DNA of 55,608 nt from Desulfobacterales bacterium (GCA_029939715.1 JAOZSJ010000005.1:7450-63057); one strand, 5' to 3'. Positions 9,359 through 20,443 are shown, numbered from the stretch's first letter. The notes: generated from the letters alone by a model not told the origin. Translations and numbers: made by a program.

Positions 9359-9631
9359 ATGGCCTTTCAACCTCGCAAACGAACCAATACCGGCAGAAAA
9401 AAAAGAAAAGTTTTTCATCGTCGCAAAGTTTGCCGCTTCTGTGCCGACAGCAGTCTTGTAATCGATTATAAAGACGCCAAGGCATTAAAATATTTTATCA
9501 CCGAACGCGGTAAAATAATTCCCAGACGTATATCCGGAACATGTGCCAAACATCAGCGTGCCCTGACCCATGCCATTAAACGGGCCCGCACAATCGCACT
9601 TCTGCCATATGTTGGTACCATGGGATTTTAA
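9359..9631 (+). CDS. rpsR: 30S ribosomal protein S18 (Zn-binding type)
   Basis: [37 protein letters not shown]. Confidence 0.98.
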   Translation: MAFQPRKRTNTGRKKRKVFHRRKVCRFCADSSLVIDYKDAKALKYFITERGKIIPRRISGTCAKHQRALTHAIKRARTIALLPYVGTMGF

Positions 9632-9668
9632 CTGATTCGTTCTGCTTACCGGCCCTTTAAAGGAAAGG

Positions 9669-10631
9669 ATGATAGTGCTGCAAAACGATCAAAGCATGAT
9701 CACCAAAGATATTGCCGCAGGAACAGCCATTACCGTTTTTATTTTTGTAATATCCATTTACATACCGATAATCGGTTTTTTCTGTTCTCTGTTTATACCT
9801 TTGCCCATTCTGTTTTATCGTTTAAAACTGGGCCGCAAATCAGGTGCTGTCATACTTGCCGCAACGATCATTGTCATGGCCTTGTTACTCGACGGATTGT
9901 CCATTGACATGTTTTTCTTCGTTGAACTGCTTTTTTTGGGATTTATTCTGGGCGAGCTTTTCGAATTAAATCTTTCCATAGAAAAAACAGTCCTTTACAG
10001 TTGCGGATCGGTTTTATTAAGCGGCCTTGTTATTTTATTGATTTACAGCAATATGTCCGGCATGGATATTGTTGTGCTGGTATCCGACTATGTAAAACAG
10101 AATCTCGAACTTACAATGGTTCTCTATCAGAGCATGGGGATGCCCGAAGAAAACATCCGGATCATTTCAAACTCGCTTGACAGTATTCACTATGTCCTGA
10201 TACGGATTATTCCGGCGATGGTAGTTATATCTACTTTTTTTGTTGCCTGGACAAGCCTGCTGCTGGCCAGGCCGCTCCTAAAAGGTAAGTCACTCTTTTT
10301 TCCCGCTTTCGGGTCTTTACAACAGTGGAGATCGCCTGAATTTTTAGTGTGGGGTGTGATTGGGTGCGGATTATTACTTCTTTTCCCATCCAAAGCAATT
10401 AAAGTGCTGGCGTTAAACGGCCTGCTGATTTTAATGCCGGTTTATTTTTTTCAGGGGATAGCCATCGTATCACATTTTTTTAACAAAAAAAAATTCCCCA
10501 GGTTTCTCAAATTGTTTTTATATGGACTCATAGCCCTGCAACAACTTTTTCTTATTGCCGTGATCGGACTTGGCTTTTTTGATATATGGTTAAACTTTAG
10601 AAAACTCGGGATCAAAAACAGCTCCGAGTAA
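9669..10631 (+). CDS. YybS/DUF2232 family membrane protein
   Basis: Multi-TM, YFFQGIAI and GLGFFDIW motifs; conserved position between rpsR and rplI. Confidence 0.85.
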   Translation: MIVLQNDQSMITKDIAAGTAITVFIFVISIYIPIIGFFCSLFIPLPILFYRLKLGRKSGAVILAATIIVMALLLDGLSIDMFFFVELLFLGFILGELFELNLSIEKTVLYSCGSVLLSGLVILLIYSNMSGMDIVVLVSDYVKQNLELTMVLYQSMGMPEENIRIISNSLDSIHYVLIRIIPAMVVISTFFVAWTSLLLARPLLKGKSLFFPAFGSLQQWRSPEFLVWGVIGCGLLLLFPSKAIKVLALNGLLILMPVYFFQGIAIVSHFFNKKKFPRFLKLFLYGLIALQQLFLIAVIGLGFFDIWLNFRKLGIKNSSE

Positions 10632-10703
10632 AATTAATGGTACGAATCTATCTGCCCGACTCTCTTCAAATCGGGCCGCTTTTAGGATTAACTGGAGGTT
10701 ACA

Positions 10704-11147
10704 ATGAAAGTCATATTAAAAGAAACAATCGAGGCCTTAGGTATCATCGGCAGTGAAGTATCGGTTGCCGACGGCTATGCCCGCAACTATCTTCTGCCTC
10801 AAGACAAGGCTGTCCCGGCCACACCGCAAAATCGTAAAGTGATGGAGCAGGAAAAGAATAAATTTGATCTCCAAATTGCCAAGGAAAAAGAATTTGCTCA
10901 GGAGATGGCAAAAAGACTCGAGGGAATTGTCTGCACCATACCCGCCAAGGTCAGTGAGGGCGACCGTCTTTACGGGTCTGTAACATCAAGAGATATTATA
11001 AACGCATTGACTGAGCAGGAAGTTGAAATCGAAAAAAGAATGATCATGCTCAGTGAGCCCATTAAAAATGTCGGTACATTTAAAATTCCCATCAGGGTTT
11101 ACACGGAAGTAGAGCCTGAAATTACGGTTGAAATCATTCCCGAATAA
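10704..11147 (+). CDS. rplI: 50S ribosomal protein L9
   Basis: MKVIL, VADGYARNYLLP, LYGSVT. Confidence 0.98.
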   Translation: MKVILKETIEALGIIGSEVSVADGYARNYLLPQDKAVPATPQNRKVMEQEKNKFDLQIAKEKEFAQEMAKRLEGIVCTIPAKVSEGDRLYGSVTSRDIINALTEQEVEIEKRMIMLSEPIKNVGTFKIPIRVYTEVEPEITVEIIPE

Positions 11148-11153
11148 ACCTTG

Positions 11154-11191
11154 CGGCCTCATGCTATTATTAAAATGATAGTATGAGGCCG
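11154..11191. repeat. Long inverted repeat between rplI and dnaB
   Basis: CGGCCTCATGCTATTATT / AATGATAGTATGAGGCCG, ~17-bp stem with two G-U pairs, no U-tract. Confidence 0.7.
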
Positions 11192-11244
11192 ACATCAGCA
11201 AAAAAAAACCGCAACTTCCGACCCCGCAAGGTAATATCAGACAA

Positions 11245-12615
11245 ATGGCGCATACTCATCCAACGGCTTCAAAAAATTCGCCCCTCCATGCTTTGCCTCC
11301 GCAAAGTATCGAAGCGGAGCAGTCGATTATCAGCGCCATTTTACTTGACAATGAAACTCTTTTTGAAGTGCTTGATATCCTTAGGCCCGAAGATTTTTAC
11401 AGGTCGGCCCACCAGAAAATCTTTGTAGCAATTTCGGAATTATTCACTAAAAACGAGCCGTGCGATCTGGTAACCCTTACGGAAATTCTGAAAAACAAAG
11501 GCGATCTCGACCAAATCGGCGGCGGGACCTATCTTGCATCTATTGTGGACACCGCCCCGGTTGCGGTGAATGCTGTTCATTACGCCCGAATTATTCACAA
11601 CAAAGCCAGTTTGCGCCGCCTTATTGAAAAAGCCAATGCAATCGTAAAAAAATGCTTCGAAGAACAGGGAGATGTTGATGAAGTTATCGACTTTGCCGAA
11701 TCCTCTGTTTTTGAAATTTCCGAACATAAAATTAATCCGGCTTTTTTTTCCATAAGCCAGATCATTGATAAAAATTTCGAGACTCTCGAAGAACGGCAGG
11801 CCAACAAAGCTCTGGTAACCGGGGTTTCAACCGGTTTTTCCCGGCTCGACACAATGACGGCCGGTCTACAGCCGTCGGATCTGATCATCCTTGCGGCCCG
11901 GCCCAGTATGGGTAAAACTTCACTGGCCCTTAATATCGCAAGAAACGCTGCCATTGATGCCGATACGGCAGTAGCCATTTTTTCGCTGGAAATGTCAAAA
12001 GAACAATTAAGCATGCGCATGCTGTGCTCCGAAGCCAGAATCGACTCCAACCGGCTGCGAAGCGGTTTTTTCAACCGTGGTGACTGGGATAAACTGACGG
12101 ATGCAGGCTCGCTTTTATCTGATGCGCCAATTTTTATTGATGACTCGGCAAATATTTCAGCTATTGAAATCAGGGCCAAAGCCCGCCGCTTGAAGATGGA
12201 CAAAAACATCGGACTTATCTTGATCGACTATCTGCAGCTTATGAGGGGACGCTCCTCGGCTGAACGGCGAGACCTTGAAATCTCCGAAATTTCAAGATCA
12301 CTCAAGGGCCTGGCAAAGGAACTTAACATTCCGATCGTAGCCCTTTCACAGCTTAACCGCAAACTCGAAGAGCGCGGTGACAAGCGCCCAATGCTTTCCG
12401 ATTTAAGGGAATCGGGGGCTCTGGAACAGGACGCCGATGTCGTGGCTTTCATCTACCGGGATGAGGTTTATAACAAAGAGAGCAATAACCCCAACCGGGG
12501 AAAAGCCGAACTTATACTTGCCAAGCAGCGCAATGGTCCGGTAGGAACCGTTCACATGGCTTTTTTAAACACCTACACCCGCTTTGAAGCGCTGGCTCCT
12601 GAAGAGATGGCATAA
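11245..12615 (+). CDS. dnaB: Replicative DNA helicase
   Basis: PPQSIEAEQ, AARPSMGKT, IDYLQLM, SQLNR, SDLRESGALEQDAD, KQRNGP; no intein. Confidence 0.98.
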   Translation: MAHTHPTASKNSPLHALPPQSIEAEQSIISAILLDNETLFEVLDILRPEDFYRSAHQKIFVAISELFTKNEPCDLVTLTEILKNKGDLDQIGGGTYLASIVDTAPVAVNAVHYARIIHNKASLRRLIEKANAIVKKCFEEQGDVDEVIDFAESSVFEISEHKINPAFFSISQIIDKNFETLEERQANKALVTGVSTGFSRLDTMTAGLQPSDLIILAARPSMGKTSLALNIARNAAIDADTAVAIFSLEMSKEQLSMRMLCSEARIDSNRLRSGFFNRGDWDKLTDAGSLLSDAPIFIDDSANISAIEIRAKARRLKMDKNIGLILIDYLQLMRGRSSAERRDLEISEISRSLKGLAKELNIPIVALSQLNRKLEERGDKRPMLSDLRESGALEQDADVVAFIYRDEVYNKESNNPNRGKAELILAKQRNGPVGTVHMAFLNTYTRFEALAPEEMA

Positions 12616-12653
12616 ATGCCGTCAGCAGCCACCACGCCTGACTTTATTCTAAT

Positions 12654-14291
12654 ATGAAAAAACTTTTCGGGAATTTTAAAGGCCTTAAATCTGATCAGTT
12701 TCGTAAACTTGAGAATCTATACCGCCGCCGCATTCCCCCGGAGTTTATCGTAACTGCGGAGTTAAGCCGCGACCTTTGCCGGCTGTCCGTCGAGACAGGC
12801 CGTCAAATAGGGTTGATGGTAAACCGCCAGGGAAGAATTATCCATGTAATCATCGGCAACAATCAGGGAATAATGATTCCCGATATCAGTGAATACCGGA
12901 TCGCCGCAGACCGATTAAGAGGCTTGCGCTGTATTCATACAAGCTTTGACAATGGCGGCCTGACCAGGGACGATCTTACCGACCTCTCCCTTTTAAGGCT
13001 TGATTTGATAGCCAGCATTAAATGCAAAAAAGACGGCAGCCCCGGCAAAATCCATGCAGGCCATATCCTCCCCCAAAACAGAGACAAAATTCCATACCGG
13101 GTGATGCCGCCACTTTCACTGCATCAACTTGATATCGGGTATCTGGATCTTATCTCCGCCCTGGAAGCCGAACTCGCTCAGGCAGGGCATCTATATAAGG
13201 CCGACTCCAACAAAGAAAAAGCGCTTCTGATCAGTGTTACGCCACTGCCTAAAAATGCAGCCATGGATTCACTCATGGAACTTACGGAACTGGCCCGTTC
13301 AAGCAACATAGATGCCATTGAGACCATCATTCAGCATCGTCGCAAAGCAGACCCGCGCTATCTCATGGGACTTGGCAAACTAAAGGAATTAGCAATTCGC
13401 GCTCTGCATCAGGGAGCCGATCTGATTATTTTTGATCAGGATTTAAACCCCTCTCAGGTTCGATCCATTGCCGACAAAATCGACCTGAAAGTGATCGATC
13501 GAACCCAATTGATCCTCGATATTTTTGCCCGGCGGGCAAAATCACGGGAAGGCAAACTGCAGGTCGAACTGGCTCAGCTCAAATATCTGCTCCCCCGTCT
13601 GATAACCAGAAATACTGCCATGTCCCGTCTTACCGGCGGTATCGGCGGACGAGGTCCAGGAGAAACCAAACTGGAAATAAACCGGCGGCGCGTTCGTGAC
13701 CGCATCAAACGTCTGGAAAAATCACTGGCGCTTGTATCCCGCCGTCGAAAACAACAAAAATCAAAACGCCATAAAAAAGGCCTGCCGGTAATTTCCATTA
13801 TCGGCTATACCAATGCCGGGAAATCAACCCTCTTGAACACCCTTACCAACAGCAGGGTTCTGGCTGAAAACCGGTTGTTCGCAACGCTGGACCCATCTTC
13901 CAGGCGTTTGAAGTTTCCCCGCGACATGGAAGTGATTATCACGGATACGGTGGGATTTATAACAAACCTTCCAAAAGATCTGATGGTTGCTTTTCGAGCC
14001 ACCCTGGAAGAGCTTGAAAATGCCGAAATTTTTCTGCATGTTATAGATATCAGCAATCCGCGTTTTGAAAATCAAATCAAATCGGTCGAAAAAATTCTCA
14101 CCCAACTCAAACTGCAAAATATTACAACCATAAGGGTTTTAAATAAAATGGACAAAATAGACCCTGAAACCGTCATAAACCTTGAACAGAGATTCATAGG
14201 TACCGCGATCTCGGCCAACAAATCCGCAACCCTTGCACCACTCATCAAAAACATGACAAATCTGTTGACATACCGGTCAAAAAAAATATAA
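12654..14291 (+). CDS. hflX: GTPase HflX (long form with N-terminal extension)
   Basis: LILDIFA, GGIGGRGPGET, GYTNAGKS, LFATLD, DTVG, NKMD. Confidence 0.95.
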   Translation: MKKLFGNFKGLKSDQFRKLENLYRRRIPPEFIVTAELSRDLCRLSVETGRQIGLMVNRQGRIIHVIIGNNQGIMIPDISEYRIAADRLRGLRCIHTSFDNGGLTRDDLTDLSLLRLDLIASIKCKKDGSPGKIHAGHILPQNRDKIPYRVMPPLSLHQLDIGYLDLISALEAELAQAGHLYKADSNKEKALLISVTPLPKNAAMDSLMELTELARSSNIDAIETIIQHRRKADPRYLMGLGKLKELAIRALHQGADLIIFDQDLNPSQVRSIADKIDLKVIDRTQLILDIFARRAKSREGKLQVELAQLKYLLPRLITRNTAMSRLTGGIGGRGPGETKLEINRRRVRDRIKRLEKSLALVSRRRKQQKSKRHKKGLPVISIIGYTNAGKSTLLNTLTNSRVLAENRLFATLDPSSRRLKFPRDMEVIITDTVGFITNLPKDLMVAFRATLEELENAEIFLHVIDISNPRFENQIKSVEKILTQLKLQNITTIRVLNKMDKIDPETVINLEQRFIGTAISANKSATLAPLIKNMTNLLTYRSKKI

Positions 14292-14303
14292 GTCTTCTAT
14301 CTT

Positions 14304-15092
14304 ATGGATTTTGAAACAATAACAAAAATCGGCCTGGCGGCAGCCGACAAAGGCGCTGGAGTACTGCGCAGCCAATTCGGCAAAATTTTAAGTATTCAAA
14401 AAAAGAATATTACCGATCTGGTTACCAATGCCGATATAGAGTCGGAAAAAGTAATCATTCAAACTATCCGCGACCAGTATCCCGGGCATGCCATTCTGGC
14501 TGAAGAAAGCGGAATCAAAAGCGGAGAAAAAGATTGTCAATGGATAATCGATCCTCTCGACGGCACCACCAATTTCGCCCATGGTGTAGGGATATTTTCA
14601 ATTTCCATTGCATTTGCTTTCAAGCAGGAAATTATGGTCGGCATTGTTCTGAATCCGGAAAGCGGTGAACTTTTTTCAGCCACAAAGGGCTGCGGAGCCA
14701 TGCTTAATAAAAACCCAATTCGGGTTTCCAATTCAAAAAGCGTGCAGGACAGTTTACTTGTAACTGGTTTTCCATATGATGTAAAACCTGTTTTCCCTGA
14801 GCTTATGACCCGGTTTTCCCACTGTCTGAAGGCGGCCCGCGGGATCAGAAGACTTGGCTCTGCCGCATTGGATCTCTGTTTTGTGGCATGCGGCCGTTTT
14901 GACGGGTACTGGGAGGAAAATCTCAAACCATGGGATACCGCGGCGGGAATGCTGATCGCAACCGAAGCTGGTGCCCGTGTAACCGATTTTTCCAACAGAC
15001 CGTATGGAATAGATGATTACGAAATCCTGGCGACCAACAAGCAAATTCATGATGAAATGTTATCATTGTTGGCAATTGAGGTAAAAATATGA
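14304..15092 (+). CDS. suhB: Inositol monophosphatase family protein
   Basis: WIIDPLDGTTNF, RRLGSAALDL, WDTAAG. Confidence 0.9.
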   Translation: MDFETITKIGLAAADKGAGVLRSQFGKILSIQKKNITDLVTNADIESEKVIIQTIRDQYPGHAILAEESGIKSGEKDCQWIIDPLDGTTNFAHGVGIFSISIAFAFKQEIMVGIVLNPESGELFSATKGCGAMLNKNPIRVSNSKSVQDSLLVTGFPYDVKPVFPELMTRFSHCLKAARGIRRLGSAALDLCFVACGRFDGYWEENLKPWDTAAGMLIATEAGARVTDFSNRPYGIDDYEILATNKQIHDEMLSLLAIEVKI

Positions 15093-15283
15093 ACAAAACT
15101 TTTGACAAAAAAACACTTGATAATCATATCGAGTGTTTCAGTAATTTCAATAAGACAGACCCGATTTGCACTAAATTGTGTGCCATAAATATAAGATGTG
15201 CGATTGAGAGCGATCAACAGGATCGCATGGAAATTCTGGAAGATCTCGTAGCTTCCGAAGTCATGTTCATGAAGATTCAATAA
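15089..15283 (+). CDS. Small Cys-rich hypothetical protein
   Basis: ATGA overlap with suhB stop, GAGG RBS; C-x10-C-x3-C-x5-C. Confidence 0.7.
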   Translation: MNKTFDKKTLDNHIECFSNFNKTDPICTKLCAINIRCAIESDQQDRMEILEDLVASEVMFMKIQ

Positions 15284-15329
15284 TCAGGGCAGGATTCCTG
15301 ACCATAAAAAACACAATTTTTAAGGGCGC

Positions 15330-16670
15330 CTAAAAGTTACCGGACTCCAGTTTTTTGCTGAAAAACTTCACATGTTCCTGGATTCGGGCACTTCCTTTCA
15401 GCCCTTGTTCGACGGCACTGATGGCATGGATGGCAGTGGCATGATAACGGTTAAAACTTTTCCCGATAGCTTGAAGAGGCTGGTCCGTATATCTGCGGGC
15501 CAGATAAATAGCAATCTGACGCGGTTTAACTATTTTCTGTCTCCGGGAACGTGAAACAAGATCTTTGACCGGCACATTATAATACTTGCTCACAATTTTT
15601 TTAATAACATCTATAGTGATATTTTTTTTCCGACGGGCAATATTTTCAACTACGCTTTTGGCCAGGGGAAGATCAATGGAATTACCCAGCAGTGAAGCTT
15701 TAGCCGCTACCCCGATAAGTCCACTTTCCAGTTGCCTTACATTCTCCGTGAGCTCTCCGGCCAGATAATCGGTTACCGCATTCGGTATTATATAATTATT
15801 CTGAAGACATTTTTTTTGCAATATTCTGACCCGGGTTCTGAAATTCGGTGGATCAATCCTGGAAATAAGCCCGCCTGAAAGGCGTGAACGAAGATTATCA
15901 TGCAGCCTGGGAATATCCGCGGGAAGATAGCAGCTTGAAAAAATCATCTTCTTTTCCGAGTCCAGCAATGTGTCCAGCGTCAGACACAGTTCCAACTGGG
16001 TTCTCTCCTTGCCGCTTAAAAAATGAACATCCTCGATAAGCAACGCATCACAGTTGTATCGGTATTTTTCTTTAAACTGTTCGATGCGATCATGCCTGAG
16101 GGCATATACCATTTCATTGGTAAAATCCTCGGCCGTAATATAGTATACACGTTTGGATGGAAATTTCGACAAAATATGATGACCGATTGCCTGAGAAAGG
16201 TGGCTTTTCCCCATCCCGACATTTGACTGCAGAAACAGACCTGCCTGCTGGCCATTCCCGTGAGTGGCCAGAGAAAGCGCAGCGGAATAGGCAAAATCGG
16301 AATTGTCCCCGACAACAAACTTGTCAAAAGTAAAATCATACCGTAACAACCTGCCGCTATGGGGACGTACATTCAAATCAGGCAACTGCATCTGGGGTTC
16401 AAGAGAATGTCCTTTTTCAGCAGGACGTTTGCCGGTTGAAATTTCTATAACAAGCTTATATTTTATACCGGACTTTTTTCTTAACTCTTTAACAATCAGC
16501 GGGCCATAATGTTCAAGCAGCCGTTTTCTGGAAAATGTATTTTTACAGGCAAGAACAATGCAGCTTTCCTGCCGGCGCAGGAATTCCACCGGTTCAATCC
16601 ACATTTTATAGCTATGGGTCGGAATCTGCTTTTTAACAGTAGTTTTTATCTCTTTCCAAATAGCATCCAT
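15330..16670 (-). CDS. dnaA: Chromosomal replication initiator DnaA, divergent paralogue
   Basis: W..WI domain I, FTFDKFVVG, GMGKSHL, ENVRQLE, PRQIAIYL; start MDAIW (16670) matches the typical N-terminus; no dnaN neighbour. Confidence 0.9.
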   Translation of the reverse strand: MDAIWKEIKTTVKKQIPTHSYKMWIEPVEFLRRQESCIVLACKNTFSRKRLLEHYGPLIVKELRKKSGIKYKLVIEISTGKRPAEKGHSLEPQMQLPDLNVRPHSGRLLRYDFTFDKFVVGDNSDFAYSAALSLATHGNGQQAGLFLQSNVGMGKSHLSQAIGHHILSKFPSKRVYYITAEDFTNEMVYALRHDRIEQFKEKYRYNCDALLIEDVHFLSGKERTQLELCLTLDTLLDSEKKMIFSSCYLPADIPRLHDNLRSRLSGGLISRIDPPNFRTRVRILQKKCLQNNYIIPNAVTDYLAGELTENVRQLESGLIGVAAKASLLGNSIDLPLAKSVVENIARRKKNITIDVIKKIVSKYYNVPVKDLVSRSRRQKIVKPRQIAIYLARRYTDQPLQAIGKSFNRYHATAIHAISAVEQGLKGSARIQEHVKFFSKKLESGNF

Positions 16671-17126
16671 TAAACGCGTGAGCCTATCCTTTTTAACAAT
16701 TAAGTCAACTATTCCACAACAAGTTTGCAGGGCAAAAAAACAATCCTGTCCGATCTGATTTCCATGTAACATATTTGGTAAATCTAAAAACAGACAAAGA
16801 TTATTGGGCTACAATTTTAAGGAATTAAAGAAAATAAACAAACCGATTTGATCAATAACGAAGAATTATATCGGATTATGAGCAAACACATTAAAAAACA
16901 ATGTGGTTATAGAGTATCCGGATATTTCTGTCAAACCGAAATAAAGCCGTTTAGCACATGTTAGCTTTCGAATTATCAACAGTTTCTATCCTATTGTTTT
17001 CATGGTTATTTTGAATAGTATATTGGCAACCCCTCTTATTTACAACCTTTTTTCAATAAACGAAATTTTCAATATTTTTAGGCAGATCTGCAATTATACA
17101 GATTAAGTTGACATTTTTCAATACTC

Positions 17127-17164
17127 TCATTTTCTTTATTTTTCTATCATTTTCTTTATTTTTC
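17127..17164. repeat. 18-bp direct repeat, 20-bp period
   Basis: TCATTTTCTTTATTTTTC at 17127-17144 and 17147-17164. Confidence 0.8.
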
Positions 17165-17472
17165 GTACTTTGTTAATTAAATAAAGTCGAGCAAGGCCAG
17201 GGTTGCAGATCAAAATGAAACTTAAAAACAATTGATAAACTCTTTTAACAGAGTTAAGCTATTGTAAAAATTTAGTTATTTTTTTATTCAATAATTTTTG
17301 TTCATTTTATAATATAGCGTTCGGGTTAACCGACAAAAAGTGTTTCCATTAAATTATATTTGAATTTTTTCAAGTGGTCTGTATTATACTGTCCGATGGG
17401 CTGAAAGAAAAATATTTTTTACCTTTTGAAAAGCAACGGTATTTACCAATCAGGAAAGAATCAATTCAAACC

Positions 17473-20337
17473 GTGAAATCTGAAAAAATAATAATCCGGG
17501 GAGCCCGGCAGCACAATTTGAAAAACATTGATGTCGAGCTGCCCCGCAATCAATTTATCGTCGTAACCGGTTTATCGGGATCGGGAAAATCAACACTTGC
17601 CTTTGATACGCTCTATGCCGAGGGCCAGCGCCGTTATGTTGAATCATTATCGACATATGCCAGGCAGTTTCTGGAAAGAATGGACAAACCCGATGTCGAT
17701 CTTATTGAGGGGCTGTCACCTGCTATCGCCATCGAACAGAAAACAGCCAGCCACAATCCCAGGTCAACGGTAGGAACCGTTACCGAAATATACGACTATC
17801 TGCGCTTACTGTTTGCCCGGATAGGCACACCGCACTGTTATAAATGCGGCCGTGCCATCAGTTCTCAGGCACTGGACCAGATTCTCGATCAGGTACTGGC
17901 CCTTGAATCCGGCAGCAGAATTATTATTCTGGCCCCCATTGTTACCGCTCAAAAAGGCACCCACCAAAAGCTCTTTATTCAATTAAAAAAACAGGGGTTT
18001 GCCAAGGTCCGCATCAACGGCAAAATAATTCCGATCGAAGATGCCGGAGTGCTTAATAAAAATAAAAAATACAACATCGATGTCGTTGTTGATCGCCTGG
18101 TTATTAAAAACAATATCAGAAACAGGCTTGCCGATTCCATCGAACTGGCCCTTGCTCAATCCAATGGACTGGTTCTGGTGGATATCATCGGTCGGGAGCC
18201 GGTATTGTTCAGCGAGAAAGCAGCCTGCATTCACTGCGGTATAAGTTACCCGGCATTCACCCCGGCCAGTTTTTCCTTTAATTCCCCCCAGGGTGCCTGC
18301 CCGAAATGCGGAGGGCTGGGCTCTACGACCGAGTTTGACCCGGCTCTCATCGTTCCAAATCCTGAATTGAATTTACGGGAAGGAGCGATAGAACCCTGGT
18401 ACAATCGGAATTCCATGCATTTTTCTGAATTTCTGGACGCCCTGACCCACCACTACGGTACCGATATCTATACCCCTTTCCAGAAGCTTTCCAGAAAATT
18501 TCAAAAAGTGCTGCTCCACGGCTCCGGCAAAGAGGAAATAACCTTTTATTTTCAACGTAATGACCGTCGTTACACTTTCAAGAAAAAATTCGAAGGCGTC
18601 ATTCCTAAACTCCGCCGGCGCTACCTTGAAACCGATTCTTCCCAATCCAGAGATGAAATCAGAAGATACATGACCTTTCGTCCCTGCCCCGAATGCCTTG
18701 GTGCCAGGATCAGCCGCGCAAGCCGTTCGGTAACCGTAGGAGGCCTTGCCATCAGCGCCGTTACAGCCCTTTCAGTATCAAAATCACTTGAATTTATAAA
18801 AAAGTTACATCTGACCGGCAAAAAAAAAATCATTGCCGGCAGAATATTAAAAGAGATCACCGAACGTCTCGGCTTCCTGGAAAACGTAGGGCTGACCTAT
18901 CTGACCCTGGATCGGGCGGCCTATACCCTTTCAGGTGGTGAAAGCCAGCGAATCCGCCTGGCCACTCAGATCGGCTCAAAACTGACAGGTGTGTTGTATG
19001 TTCTTGATGAACCGAGTATCGGGCTGCACCAGAGGGACAATCAGCGCCTGCTTTCGACATTGCGGCATATGCGGGATCTGGGCAACACAGTACTGGTGGT
19101 GGAACATGATGAAGAAACCATTCTGGCCTCCGACCATGTGATTGACATTGGTCCGGGTGCGGGTATACATGGCGGTGAAATCGTATTTTCAGGCGCACCT
19201 AAGGCTCTCCTGCGCAATACAATCTCCCTGACCGGGCAATATCTTTCCGGAAAAAAACAAATCCGAATTCCATCCCGGCGAAGATCCGGGTCCGGCGCCA
19301 GGATGGAAATTAAAGGAGCCGCGGCCAATAATCTTAAATCCATCGATGTACAATTTCCTTTGGGCTGTTTGACCTGCGTCACAGGCGTCTCCGGCTCGGG
19401 CAAATCCACGTTGATTCTTGAAACTCTTTTTCGAGCCCTTTCCCGAAAAATCTATCATTCCCGCATACTACCGGGCCGGCACATTGAAATTCTGGGCATC
19501 GAACATATCGACAAGGTGATTAACATAGACCAGGCGCCCATCGGCAGAACTCCACGGTCAAATCCGGGAACCTATACCGGCATTTTTAACTATATACGGG
19601 AACTTTTTTCCAAAACACCGGAAGCCCGGATCCGCGGATACAAACCCGGACGATTCAGCTTTAATGTCAAGGGAGGCAGGTGTGAAGCCTGCAGCGGTGA
19701 CGGCATCATAAAAATCGAAATGCATTTTTTACCCGATGTTTATGTGGCCTGTGATGTATGTCAGGGCAAACGCTATAATCGTGAAACGCTGGAGGTGCAG
19801 TACAAGGGAAAAAATATTGCAGACATTCTTGACCTGACCGTAAATCAATCGCTCCGATTTTTTGACCGCATTCCCAATATCAAAACAAAACTGGAGACCA
19901 TGGTGGACGTGGGGCTGGGATATATCCGCATCGGCCAGCCGGCTACTACTCTTTCCGGTGGTGAAGCTCAGAGAATCAAACTTTCCAGAGAACTTTGCAA
20001 AAGGGGAACCGGCAAAACAGTTTATATCCTTGATGAACCAACCACCGGCCTGCATACGGACGACATCAGAAAACTGCTTGGAGTCTTAAACAGGCTCGTT
20101 GATACCGGAAATACGGTTATCATTATCGAACATAATCTGGATGTAATAAAATCGGCCGACCATATCATCGACCTTGGCCCCGAGGGGGGGGATAATGGAG
20201 GATATATCATCGGCTGCGGCACACCGGAGCAAATCATTGAACTGGACAAATCTTATACCGGACAATTTTTGCGTCGGGTGTTAAAATCCTGCAAGCTTTC
20301 ACCCGGACAAACCGGAACCGGATTGAATAGTGAATAG
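17473..20337 (+). CDS. uvrA: Excinuclease ABC subunit A
   Basis: GARQHNLKN, two GxSGSGKS Walker A motifs, LSGGE twice, zinc fingers; GTG 17473 is the likely start. Confidence 0.98.
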   Translation: MKSEKIIIRGARQHNLKNIDVELPRNQFIVVTGLSGSGKSTLAFDTLYAEGQRRYVESLSTYARQFLERMDKPDVDLIEGLSPAIAIEQKTASHNPRSTVGTVTEIYDYLRLLFARIGTPHCYKCGRAISSQALDQILDQVLALESGSRIIILAPIVTAQKGTHQKLFIQLKKQGFAKVRINGKIIPIEDAGVLNKNKKYNIDVVVDRLVIKNNIRNRLADSIELALAQSNGLVLVDIIGREPVLFSEKAACIHCGISYPAFTPASFSFNSPQGACPKCGGLGSTTEFDPALIVPNPELNLREGAIEPWYNRNSMHFSEFLDALTHHYGTDIYTPFQKLSRKFQKVLLHGSGKEEITFYFQRNDRRYTFKKKFEGVIPKLRRRYLETDSSQSRDEIRRYMTFRPCPECLGARISRASRSVTVGGLAISAVTALSVSKSLEFIKKLHLTGKKKIIAGRILKEITERLGFLENVGLTYLTLDRAAYTLSGGESQRIRLATQIGSKLTGVLYVLDEPSIGLHQRDNQRLLSTLRHMRDLGNTVLVVEHDEETILASDHVIDIGPGAGIHGGEIVFSGAPKALLRNTISLTGQYLSGKKQIRIPSRRRSGSGARMEIKGAAANNLKSIDVQFPLGCLTCVTGVSGSGKSTLILETLFRALSRKIYHSRILPGRHIEILGIEHIDKVINIDQAPIGRTPRSNPGTYTGIFNYIRELFSKTPEARIRGYKPGRFSFNVKGGRCEACSGDGIIKIEMHFLPDVYVACDVCQGKRYNRETLEVQYKGKNIADILDLTVNQSLRFFDRIPNIKTKLETMVDVGLGYIRIGQPATTLSGGEAQRIKLSRELCKRGTGKTVYILDEPTTGLHTDDIRKLLGVLNRLVDTGNTVIIIEHNLDVIKSADHIIDLGPEGGDNGGYIIGCGTPEQIIELDKSYTGQFLRRVLKSCKLSPGQTGTGLNSE

Positions 20338-20443
20338 ATCGGGCAAACACAAAATTTATCCCTGCGCCCATCAAACAGAAAAAGCCCGATTATTCAATCC
20401 CCGCTTTTTAGTCACAGAGGTAGCCTCATACTATTTTGGGCAT

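Noticed and set aside
17310-17400. LexA/SOS box upstream of uvrA
   Set aside because: CTGTATTATACTGTCC and TCGGGTTAACCGA do not fit CTGT-N8-ACAG or GAAC-N4-GTTC
16671-17472. Canonical oriC
   Set aside because: No perfect DnaA box found and no dnaN; kept only as a weaker finding
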